Assembly: GCA_009602725.1 (NCBI GenBank)
Contig: WELB01000014.1
Span: 970,437 to 1,034,436, forward strand
Direction of reading: 5' to 3'
DNA length: 64,000 bases
DNA from: Spirogloea muscicola
Lineage: Eukaryota
Below the pieces are notes generated by a model. It saw only the letters and a list, made by a program, of their open reading frames with translations, was not told where the DNA came from and ran no database searches. Every line of letters starts with the position of its first letter. Position 1 is the stretch's first letter. Shown piece by piece: positions 42,972-55,129 of this stretch. The translations under genes and the position numbers were made by a program.

Positions 42972-43255
42972 CCTCCGGCGTCGCCGCCACCGCCGCCGCC
43001 GCCGCCGCCGGGGCCGCCGCAAGTCGCGGCGGGCGGGGCGGAGCAGTGCGATCTAGTTACTGGCAGCCGCGAGCAAGACCAGTCACTGTCACTCTCACGC
43101 AGCCGTCAGCATCAGGGGCCGTCCCAGGGGCACCGTCAGCGTCAGGACCATTGACGAGGCGTGGCCTTCTGACAGACGGCCACGTCTCCACGGTGGCGCT
43201 CGACATTCACAAACCTAAACTGGAACTCTGCAGAAGCCCTAATCAGACCTCTTGC

Positions 43256-43258
43256 CCG

Positions 43259-43310
<52 letters not shown>
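43256..43310. repeat. (CCG)n microsatellite between the CobW and ABCB genes
   Basis: Nearly pure gccgccgcc run. Similar runs occur at 9064-9098, 29205-29240, 38461-38530 and 60568-60605. Confidence 0.9.
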
Positions 43311-43774
43311 TTGGAGACCTCCGTCGACACAAGGTCAGGCGGTCGGCAGGGAGGAGGGGGAGGAAGGACTGGCCGCCGGCGAGCTCGGCGCCGCGGGGAT
43401 GGCCGCTGACAGGAGCGGTGGGGAGCAGGCGAGGGCCTGAAAGGCGGAGGGAGTGAGGGGGTTGCGTGCGGGCGCGAGGGAGGAGGGAGAGAGGGCGAAG
43501 GAGGAGTGCGTCCCGCCTGGGGGACGTGAGAGGCTGCCAGGAGGGGGTATGTGGGGCAGATCGGCATCACAAGAAGAGGGAGGGAGGCAGTGAGGGAGGA
43601 GGGAGGGAGGAGAGGGTGGAGGGAGGAACGGAGAGGGAGAGGGAGAGGGAGAGAGAGAAAGTAACTGAGAGGGAGAGTTTGAGGGGGGGGGAGAGAGAGA
43701 GAGGGGAGGTGGGGGAAGGGCAGGCCAGCCCACAGCGGCCTCAGCTGCCGCTCTGACATGCGGGCAGAGCCACC

Positions 43775-46700
43775 ATGACGTCAAGCGCAGCTTGCACAGC
43801 GCCAGTTGCATGGCTGCCCCTGCGGCAGCAGCAGAGCCGCAGCCATCGGGCCGTCAGCCTCGCCCACAGCAGGGAGCATGGGCCGGCGCGCCTGTTCAGA
43901 ACACCCACTTGGACTTGTCGTCCCATCGAGCAACTGGGCCTTCGTAACGCCCGCCGGAGGCCGGCGGAGCAGCAGCGGCGGCCGCCAGGAGCCGCCGTTG
44001 CGGCGCTCGTCGCCGACTTCGCCAGCTCCAGCCCGGGCCGCGATGAGCTGCACTGGGATGGCGAGCGGCGGCTGGCGGCGCGGCCGCTGGCGCTGCCGGA
44101 GCCCCCTGCTGACTCCTCCATCCAGAGCGTGAGTTCCCATTGATGCTGGCGCTGCTGAGAGCGAGTGCCTGCACTGCGACAACAGGCACTGATTTGGCTT
44201 TAACGGCTGTGGCGGCGGCGCGACGTCAGGTGCTGCCGTACCTCTGGGCGCTGGCCTCCGGCGACCGCACACTGCGCTGGCGGCTCGCGGTCGCACTAGT
44301 GCTCCTGGTCGCTGGCAAGGTGCTCCGCTCTATCCACTGCGCCGCTTACTTCTCACTCCTTCTCAAACCCCTACTCCATGTGATCCTCGCTCGCCAATCA
44401 CATCCGTGAGTCCTCTTTCATCTTCCTGCACCTCATTGACTGACCAGCTTCTGCCATGGCAAGCGTGTGCAGGCAGCCGGCCTCGCGGGGCCGCTCCTGT
44501 TCAAGCAGGGCCTGGACGGCCTCGCCCAGGCCGGCAGCCTTAGCCTGGGCCAGCAAGCTGTCCACGCAGCCGTCGCTGCGCTTGTCATGTCGGGAGTCAG
44601 CAAGGTGTGCGCCTGACTCGAGTCTCTCTCCCTGCTTCCCCCCCTCCTTCGTCCGCATTGCTTTTGTGCCTCACCCCTGCCATTTCCGCCCTCCTTCCCT
44701 CCACCCTCCATTTCCATCACCTAATACACACTCCATCTGTGAGCTCCTGCATTTCTTCCTTCATCCACTTTCCCCCTACTTTTCTTTGTGCTCACATTTC
44801 CTCTCTCCCCCCCCTCCTCCTCTCTCCACTTTCGGTTTCTGTCTTCTTTCGTCGCTCTTCTTGTCCCTACTTCTCCTTCTTGCCGCCCCTCTTTCTTTTC
44901 CCCTCCCCTCATCCCTTCCCTTTACCTCTCCTGAAGCCCTTACCTCTCTGTTGCTACTTCCTACTTTCACCATCCCTCCTCCCAGCTCCCTAATCAATGG
45001 AAGCTAGGAATTTCCCCTTCTCCTTTCTTCACTCTCTTGTGCCCTCCAACTTTGGATCTTCATCCCTATACACTTGTTTGACGCAACACTGACTTTCTAT
45101 TTTCGTTGCTGAATCTGAGGCGACAGCCACAGCTGACCCCCTGCCAGCTGCCGCATGGCCACTCTGCAGGCCCTGAGTGCGTTGTTTAATGAGGTGCGGT
45201 ACGTGGTGTTCACACCGGTTGGGCAGGCAACGGGACGCCGTGTAGCGCTGCAGTTCTTCGAGCACATTCTCGCCATGGACGTGGCTTTCCACCTCGAGCG
45301 CAAGACTGGCGGGCTCTCGCGCATCATTGATCGCGGCAAGCGCTCCGTCACCATGATCTTCCGCGCCGTTGGTGGGCAGCACTCCCTCTCTCTGTCCTTT
45401 CTCCTCCCTCCTTCCGTTCTACCTGCCTCCCTTTCCCTCTCACATGAGACTGGCAGAACTCACGCCGATTCATGAGGGCGCGGCATGGACTGGCGGCGCC
45501 GCAGTGTTCACGTTCATCCCCACAGCGGTGGAGCTGGCGCTGGTGTGCGGGCTGCTGGCAAAGCAGATCAGCCCCGCTTTCGCGGGCGTCGTGCTCCTCA
45601 CCTTCGTCGCCTACGTTGCGTGGACCATTGCCCTTACCAAGGCCGCCGCTGCTAGCCGCAAGGAGGTGAGTGGGCATCGCATCCCCCTTGCCCTTGCACG
45701 ACCTTTCTTCCTCCACAGCTTTCGCTTCACTGCCTCCCTCATCTCCGTTCCTCCTACCTCTTCAATCTAGCAAAGTGAGCCTTAAGGCCGCAGACTTGAG
45801 GGTCAATCAAGCAATTCTATGCATCAATTAATTAGATAAGATGCCATGAAGTATGATGGCTCAAGCATATGAAGCGATGGGCTTATAATGCTGGGCGCCT
45901 CCCTTCTCACTACGTCCCTCTTTCCTCGCTTGCAGGTGAATCGGCTGGACAATCTCACAACTGGCAAGGTTGTGGACGCGCTCCTCAACTACGAGACCGT
46001 TGTCCAGGTTTGCTCTCGGGCATCGACCACCACGCTGCACCCCTAAGCCCATCTACCCAGTTCCGCACATGATTGTTCACCTCTCACATAGAGCTCTTCT
46101 GGTGCAACAGTTGCCCACTATACTGTACAAATATGTACATTATATACATATATGTACATCTATGTACATTATGTATGTCTTCATGTATGCATGGCAGCCA
46201 GCCATCATCACGGATACTCGTCCTGTCACTTCCTCCCAATCCATCCGCCGGCAGGGGTCGAGACCTGACCCGTGCCGCGCCATGCGGATGCTGTGGCCGT
46301 GGTCGCAGTTCAACAATGAGCAGCTGGAGGCGGAGCAGTACGACGACCTGCTGCGCAGCTATCAGCAGGCGTCGGTGGAGGCGGAGTATATCTCTGCAAA
46401 GCTGAACGGCGGGCAGGCACTGATACTGGCGCTCGGCGTGGCGACGGTCATGGCCATGGCCGGCATGCGGGTCGCCAAGGGCATCATGACCGCCGGAGAC
46501 CTCGTGCTCGCCAACGGCCTCATCCTCCAGCTCTCCGTGCCGCTCCAGGTGCCCCTGGAGCCAGTCCTTCCTCCCTCCTCCCACCCTCTTCCGCCATGCA
46601 GCCCCAAGATTATGTGCGGCTGGTTCGTCGTGCCGCCTGGCCCTCGTTGTCAAGCCATGGAGGCGCCTTCTAGCGGTCCAGGGACTGTCGTAATGGTTGC

Positions 46701-49435
46701 CTGACGTGCCATGCTTGGTTTCTGTGCACCGCCAGTTCCTGGGTTTCCTGTACCGCGACCTGCGGCAGTCTCTCGTGGACATGGATGCTATGTTCACCAT
46801 CCTCAGGTCCACTCCCGCCTCCCCCCCAATACATGGGCACGGTTGGCCAACTGAGATGGATCTGTCGTCTCCAAGTTGCAAGATTTCGCCCACGTTCTTC
46901 CATCTGCTCTTTCTTTCGCCAGGACCAAGTCGGCACTGCGAGATGGCGACGTGGAGCTGGAACCATCAGGGCGTGGCGCGAAGCTGCGCGCGTACAACGT
47001 TGAGTTTGGATACACGCCAGCACGCCAGGTCTGTTGAGGCTCTTGCTTGCCACTTTCAGCCCTGCACAGAATTGTAATTGTCAATGCCTTTTTTCGAAAC
47101 GAATGCTCTTCTTGTACATCTTCTGGTCTGCTTTCATGTTGTTGAGGTTTGCGTGAAGATGGCTAATGTTGGCTGCCCTCTTGCACACGGCGCCAGGTGC
47201 TAAAGGGCGTGTCCTTTGTGGCGGAGCCCGGGCAAAGCATTGCGGTGGTGGGGCCGTCAGGTTCAGGCAAGTCCACAATTGTCAAGCTGCTACTGCGCCT
47301 CTACGACCCCCAGGCTGGCACCGTGTACCTTGACAACCATGAGATCCGCAGCCTCACCATGGTGCAGACGCAAGCCCTCAATGCATGCGATGGAGGCTGC
47401 CGCCGTGTTTGCAGAAAATTCTGGACAGGCAGAGTGCTTTTATGACATGGCAATCTCATTGCAGTGTCAATATGTTAGGAGAGACTTGGCAAGCAAGGGG
47501 GCAACATTGAGATGGAGCTACGTGCAAAGCTAACATTCTTCCGGCACTAAGCCTGGCCCCTGCATGGGCAAGCAATCCTGACTTAGTGTTGCCTATGGCA
47601 GGCGTCGCTGAGGAGTGCCGTAGCGGTTGTGCCGCAGGACACTGTAGGCGGCACCTCCTTCCTGGACCGTGCTTGCAATGTTCCATGTTTAGGGCTGAGA
47701 GACAGGATTGCAGATGTGTAGCTAGCTAGTCCTGGGCCAAGGTGACCTGGTCTTTATATCTGATTAGAGTGAGAGATTTGGGTGATGGGGCTGCTTGCTG
47801 GCCGACCATGTCATGTGCAGGTTACAGATGGCCGCTTATGAAAGACTCTCACTCTTGCAGGTCCTCTTCAATGACACAATTGCGGCCAATATTCGGTATG
47901 GCCGGCCGTCGGCAACGGATGAGGAGGTTGAGCAAGCAGCCAAGCAGGCGGTGAGTCCCCGTGACTCGAAGTCATTGCAGGCTCTGGCCAGCTTCAATCC
48001 TCATGAATTCATTACCCATAGGCAAGCCTGCCTGTCACCTCTTGGAACATTACCACCTAGCCTGCACATGGCTTCTCTGCTGTAGGAAGCGCCCTCTTCA
48101 TGCGGCTACGTTGACTGTATGGAATGTTCTTGCAGAAGCTGTATGACGCAATTAAGGGCATGCCTGACGGCTTTGAGACTATGGTCGGCGAGCGTGGTCT
48201 CAAGGTCAGCAGGACTCCATGGCAATGCCTGGGTTCCTCTGAGGAACTACACTTGTCATATTAAGGATCATATATGCCGAGTTGATCTGCACCACGAGTA
48301 GACAATGTGTAGATCCTCAGAGGTTGTTTTTGTTGCAATGGCTTAAGGTGGTCATAATCAGGAAACTTTGATTTTTTATTTGTCTTCATTTATCTTAGCC
48401 TTTTATGTTGTTAGTTGCACATGCTGTAATCACCTCTTATAGGAGCCCCCTTAGCCCTCTTAATTTGCCTACACAATTCTCATGTTTTATTTTGTCCTTT
48501 GCAGCTGAGCGGCGGGGAGAAGCAGCGCGTTGCCATTGCACGAGCTTTTCTCAAGGCAAGATTACGCACTTGCTCGCACAAGATTGCCCCACTCCGGTCC
48601 TTGCTGAGGACGAGGTTGTGCTGCACTAGCGAGTGCTAGTGCTAGTGCTCACTTCAATCAACACCCTCTGCAAGCACCTTCAGCAGTGCGTTTGACCTCA
48701 AGACAGATAGGTGACACTTGTTCTGTGGCCATACAGGCTCCGCGGTTGCTCATCTGCGACGAGGCGACAAGTGCGCTGGACTCCCCTACAGAGGCCGCAA
48801 TTCTGAATTCGCTCAAAGAGCTTGCCAAGGGCCGCACCTGCCTCTTCGTTGCGCATCGCCTCTCCACTATTATGCATTGCGACAAGATCATTGTGAGTCC
48901 CCATGCATCTAAGAGTTCCACATTCCCTTTTCTTGGTATGCTTGCTGCTTATCTTGGCAATCTCGGCATGTCACTGAAGCTTTTGGTCAGTTGAGCTACT
49001 TGCAGCTATTTATTGCTGCAGTATTGAGTATGATTGAGAATTTCTCAGGAGAGAATGGACTTCCTTCTGCTTGATCTGCTCTGGCAGGTGATGGAGGCGG
49101 GCGTAGTCGTGGAGCAGGGGACGCATCGGGAGCTACTCGTGCGCAACGGCACGTATGCACACATGTGGACGATGCAGGAGGCTGAGGAGCCCAGTGACCG
49201 CGAGCTCAACGGCACCGGCCTGAGCACCAGCGCCAATGGCCATGGTGCTGCAGCAGACGACCACGCTGCAGGCAACCATGACGGCTGGGCCTACGATAAG
49301 GACCTGGTGAACTTCCAGATCGAAAAGCAAGAGGAGCGCGTGGGCATTCGGGGTGCTGCCTCTGGGATGCGCATGGAAGACTACAGCGCCACCAGCGTTC
49401 GCGAAGCCGGTCGAGGCTCCGGGGCCCTTAATTGA
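43775..49435 (+). CDS. ATM1/ATM3-like ABCB half transporter with N-terminal targeting extension
   Basis: TMD with [26 protein letters not shown] and [10 protein letters not shown]; Walker [15 protein letters not shown], signature [13 protein letters not shown], Walker [14 protein letters not shown]-loop VAHRLST. Confidence 0.93.
44620..45060 (+). repeat. Long polypyrimidine (C/T-rich) low-complexity tract in an ABCB intron
   Basis: About 400 bp that is almost all C and T. A purine-rich (G/A) counterpart lies at 43440-43720. Confidence 0.8.
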
Positions 49436-50644
49436 TTTGGGCAGTCTTGCGGACTTGCTAACGTCAAGATTCTTGATTGTGTGCATCAAGTACCAGTACT
49501 GAGTCTCCTCGAGACTAAGCACTACCCGCGTGCCTTCATCCTCTATTTATGACCCACGTACAAAAGATACTGAAGCTACAACAGTAGGATTTAATAAAGT
49601 CTGGCATCCTTTGACATGCTAGCTGTGTAACTGGCAGCGGTGCCAAGCATCTGATTTGGATTTAGTGGTCCTCTCATTGAGCTTGTGGGAGTGCCATCAA
49701 TTCATACACCAACAACAGCCACTTAGAACTTGATTATGATGCATGCTCTTTTGTGGGCTTTGGTTGCTTCCTCAGTGGTATCTGGTGAAAATAGTAAGCG
49801 AGCACCTAGCACTGTGCTTGCGCAAGGTAGGCTGAGCACTTTGGGAGCTGGCAGGCAGCCCCATGTGTGATTGCCAGGCAACTGTAACACTGCTTGGCTG
49901 CTGCGACAGGAGTGCCACTTGTGTGTCAGGCTGCCCACTGGGCAGCCTGACCCTTGTCAATTCCAATTCTACTTTGGAGGACTCTTAAGTGATTCAGCTC
50001 GCAGAGACAAAGCTACCAAAATAGCCTGCACGAGTCACTGTTCAAAGTCCTGCATGACTGCGAACCCTTCAATAACTTTGAGATAAACTCTGAGATCTCT
50101 TTTGTTGCCAGTAGCTGCGATCAAGCCACATCAACATTTTACTACAATCTCCACATTTTACTAGTCTCCACAATTGTCCCACCGATTTCTTGGAGTCTGT
50201 GCTATTCTCAATCTTAGCAGCTATGCAACTGATGTCAGCCCAATGTTTCTCCATGACTGCTCAATTCCTCGCAGAATTTTGTGAAGCCGAAACGGTTATT
50301 GGACATGAAGCACCCCATTATATAAAAGCCTATGTCGGTAAAGATGGTGAGGATGATGGTGGTGGTGATAGTGATCATGCATGCACGTACGCCCCATGCA
50401 GGCCACGGATGGCCATGGCCGGGCCGCTTTGCCTGCAGCTGGCCGGCCATGGCCCACTCGGGCGGACGCCAGTCAGCCGGGTCGCGGCGCTCGCAGGCCC
50501 AGGCATTCCGCAAGTGCCTTGCCATACAGTCTTGCTCAGAGGCTTGCCGAGGCGCGGCTTCGCAAAGCCACATCGGCTGGGCGCAACCCATCAGAAGTGG
50601 CGCAGCCCACGTCGCGGCGGCTCAGCCTGCAGTGGAGTTGGACC

Positions 50645-53600
50645 ATGACAGGCCTGACAATTCTGGCCGCCGCTTGTGGGCTCCTGCTGCTCCCGGCCTT
50701 GGGCTTGACAGAAGCCGGCACGACGAGGCCCGCCGGAAGCCGCGGCCCTGGCCAGCGAGCTTCCAGCTCTGCCATCACTCTCGCACTCCATCACCGGTCA
50801 CTCGCAGACCACACTGTCTCTGTGCTGCCTGGCAGAGTGACTCCTTGAGCGTTTGGGCCTTGACAAGCACTTGCAGCCCAGTAGATGGAGGTCGAGCCAG
50901 GGCTTCATTCTTTTCTCACAGGCCCATTGGGAGGACAAGTACTATTTGTAGTCGCTGGTCCGCCTGCAGCCTGCAGGCATTGGGACCTGCAATGCTCCGT
51001 CAATTATACGACCGAGCATCGTGACTCATTTATGGTTGTGCAACAGGTTCTCTCAAGAAATCAATGTCAGCGGAGGATGCGGAAAGCAACTGGATGGGCT
51101 TCATGAGTTCGCGGAGAGGGTCCTCGCCTCCACACGCTCTCGGAGCAAGTATCTTCTCCGTGTTCTCGAGCACAGAGGAGCAAGCGTTACTAAGGTGAGC
51201 AAGTAGTCGCATGCAAGCTGCTAGCGCAACGTGTTACAAAGACCAACAAAACATAGCAACAGTCTGTGGCAGTATGTTCTTTATCAGTAGAAGTGATGAT
51301 CTTGAAAGACAGCATTGTAGACTCACAATCGAGACCGAGCTTGATGGACGATATGCCGAGGTAGCTAGCAATGCAGGCATCGGTCTCGGTTGCTGTGTGG
51401 ATGTTGTCACTCACCAAAGCCAACCAGGAACAAGGCAGACTACGAGCGACGAGCCGAGCGAAAGCCCTGCTCCAGGCCCGACTGACGTGGACTTGCATGG
51501 AGGAGTTGAGCAGAATGGGTAAGTATGCGCAGCTAGCAGGCTCTGCTACTCGTCAACACTAGCTCCTACCAGCAATGTCAATCAGCATGAGACCTTCAGA
51601 GGGGATCAGCTACTTTAGGAGGACGGAAGTAGGCTAGCAGTTGTGCAGGTTCGAAGGCGGTATGCTGGCTGCCAGCAAGTGGCAGTTAGCTGGAGGCTCT
51701 TGCACCTTACATGACTGTCAGGCAAGGATACTAATATGTCAGCTTTACGGAGCGCGAATGCCACAAAGTACGAGCATGTTGTGTAGTGCCTGCGCAGGTT
51801 GTACTGGGTCAAGATCAAGGTGGGATCCTTGAAGCAGACGATGCACGTGCAGATCGACACAGGCAGCGACCTGCTATGGGTGCAGTGCCTGCCATGCCTT
51901 GGCTGCCATGTCTCACCAGAGGTACGATAAGTTTTCAGTCAGAGACACACGATACTTGTGCTCGTATATCAGATTACAGATCTTTCTTGGCAGTTCGTGG
52001 GCACATCCAATGCACTTGCACGGACACATAAGGTCCTCAAGTTGTCGGCTCAATTGCGATGCGGCAAGTCAGACAGCGACCCCTAATTGACCATGAGATG
52101 TACTGACGAGGCAACTTAGACAGCAGGACTAAACCCTTACTGACTAAGAGATGTACTACAGGCACTCCCCTTTGCACCTCAGGTGTCCAGCTCCAACCAC
52201 CGCATCAACTGTGACCTCTGCTCCCAGCTCAACCAGTCGGAGTGCAGCGGACCATATGCTGCCGGCTGTGGATACGCTTGCAGCCCTTTGAGCGCAGGAG
52301 GTGAGTGTGTAGTAGGATGCGGTGGTGACAACAAGAGGTGCAACTACGTCGCCATCTACGGTGATCGCAGCTACACCGCCGGCTGGCTTGTGGAGGACAA
52401 AGTGACTCTTGGTAACAGCGGCACCAAGCTGTCCGGCAGGGTCATATTTGGGTATGATGGAATCTGCACATCAAGGACAGATTGCCTTGGTTCTGTAAAC
52501 TTGTCGCTTCAGCCTATACCAAGACAAACAGGCACTAGACCACAAGCTTGACAATGTATTACTGCTTAGACTCAGACCGTCCTTGCTACAATCTTAAGCA
52601 CTGTCTTCGAGCCCATCAACTACAGCCTGTTCGAGTCAAATCATAGCAACCGAGCTCATTACGTCAATCATGACGACATTTCACGTGTGCTTGCATTAAC
52701 AAGATGGAAAGAAGCTGGAGTCTGCATGTGGGTAGAGCACGGATCACACATCTGTCGCTGCAGGTGTGACGAGCACGAGAAGGGCAACGTGGCGCTGGCG
52801 CCCACCAACGGCCTCATGGGGCTGGGCAAGGGCAGCCTCTCGCTGCCGTCTCAGCTCAAGCAGCGCCAGGTGCTGCAGTCGAGCACGTTCTCGCACTGCC
52901 TGGGCGGCGAGGAAGGAGGCGGCACATTCACGTTCTACAACGGGAGCCCGTACCCTGGCGGCCTGCAGACGACACCTATTGGTACGGACCCCATGTAAGT
53001 TACTCAATGCTACATCGATTGAGATGCACCAATCCCTTGAACTATTATATACCTTTCGGGCTGGCCTCTCACAGCCACCGCCTCCTTCTGGACCAGCTTT
53101 GTACCTCTTCATTATACTGCACATACCCGGATACTTTGGAGTCACTGGGTTCTTGAGATTAAGTACATTGCTTCTGTAGTAGGGGTCAGGTTGCGATATA
53201 GCACTACTTATGTGGCACAAGCCACGGCCAATCGCGGTGCAGCCTGTACAATGTCAGTATTGAGCACATGAACGTGGCGGGCAACGACCTGCGCGTTGAC
53301 TGGGGCGAGTACGTGCGCTCGTCGCCGGGGCAAGTTGGCGCTATCGTTGACAGCGGCACGACAGCCATTCTCCTGTCCCCAGCGGCCTATGCGGCCTTTG
53401 CCGACCAGGTGACGGCCTCCCAGCAAGATGGCTAGCTTGGGTCATCCTCCTGCACCGAGAAATCCAAGTTACAGTGTCAAACGTAAGCTCTGACGAAGCG
53501 GGGGCAAGGCACACGCAAGGACCTGACCTCTTGAGTGCACTGACCTCTGCCAATGCTTCATGATCGTAGTGCCAATGGGATCTGAAACTGAATTTGCTTC

Positions 53601-54662
53601 CTCGCAGATCAACCGGACTGTGAAGCTGCAGCGATTGAGCCAGGACCAGATCAATGAGCTGGCGGGAGCAGACGTGTCCAGCGTGCTTAATTTCTGCTAC
53701 AACACCTCAACGTCAGGACACCAGCCATCCGCAAGTTTGTCTATTGGATAGCACTATCTTGAGCACCAACAGCAGCCCAAGCACTCATAATTTATGGCGC
53801 GAATGTGATAGAAATTACTGTCATGAAAGAAATGTTTGGTCCTCGAAAGGGCCCACCAATGCATCTAGTGCGCGATGGCAGCTCCGCAGGAACGATCGCA
53901 GACTATTTCCCCAACGCCACAGTCCACTTCAAGGATGCTGACTTGCAGCTCCTTCCGTCCAACTACTTGTGGATTTTTGTAAGTCTGGCGGCGGAGCCTG
54001 CTCACTTGCTAAACAGTTTCCAATGCTTCATCTCCTATTGTGCGTTGTGGCTGCTTCAGTGCGTGCAATGAATACTGCTATTCAGTCAGGCATGATGACA
54101 AAGACCGACGGACGTGTTGTCACCCGTCCTTCCTTAGTCATCCGACCAGGTGCCCATTGCCTGTATCGGTTGCTATGACTCAATGGCGCTGATTTCTGCC
54201 AACTTGACCATCTTTGGCGGTAAGTAACTTCTATGCTCAGTTACTGCCCGCCTCATTGACAAGAACTTCTTGGGATGTGTTAGTTCCAGATTTTAAGCAA
54301 GAAACAGTCTACTGGGTGCAACTCATACCCCTCAGGCATCCCAAATGCTCGTGTCTCCTGCAGATCTGGCTCTGCGCAATCATCTTGTGGTCTACGATCG
54401 GGACAACTGGAAGCTTGGCTTTGCACTACAGAACTGTTCGTACAAAGACCCCGGTCCCCGAACAATTGCTTATACTGAAAAGACCAGCACAATCAGGAAA
54501 ATATTGACTCCGCTGAGGTGCACATTTCAGCAAAGAGTGAATGGAACCGCAGATAAGATGTACCGTTCAATTACAAGAAAGCATTCCCGGTTTTGCAGGT
54601 ACGAGTGGTGCGCCACTGCTATAAACTACGGTGCAAGCAGAGCTTTCTGGTACTTTTCTTGA
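50645..54662 (+). CDS. A1 (pepsin-like, nucellin/APCB-type) aspartic protease
   Basis: Signal peptide MTGLTILAAACGLLLLPALG, IDTGSDLLWVQC, Cys-rich insert, CNYVAIYGDRSYTAG, NGLMGLG, FSHCLG, second motif IVDSGTT, HLVVYDRDNWKLGFA. The exact 3' exon is uncertain. Confidence 0.9.
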
Positions 54663-55129
54663 GCAAGAGCAGATGCAGAACAAATCACGAGCCAGCAGAA
54701 GGTCCAGCAGCGATCAGACTTCGATGTGCTTTGACCCACATTCCAGAAACCTGCTACCTCGCCTTAAGGCACCTTCTTCAGCATACAAGAAGGGAAGTGA
54801 CTAGGCATGCATGCTCGAGAGCTTGCTGAGGACTTTGCAGATTTGTAGCAATAGAATATTTGAGGACCTGGCTGCCTTAGACGAATGTGGCATGTACGCT
54901 AAGATGCTAGGACCAATTTAATCTTGCACCTGTGTTCCTTGGGCTTTACAATTCAGTGGATTTGCAAGTGGCTCTCGCACCCCCTGCGCAATTCATTGCC
55001 TTGAAGTGGAGATAGCTCAGATTGTTGTCAAATATGGACGGCTAAAGCTTATGAGCCTAAATATGGTTGTCAAACCGCATGGCAGCACGATGCTTAAATA
55101 ATTGCTGTCATGGCGTCCTCAAATGGGGG

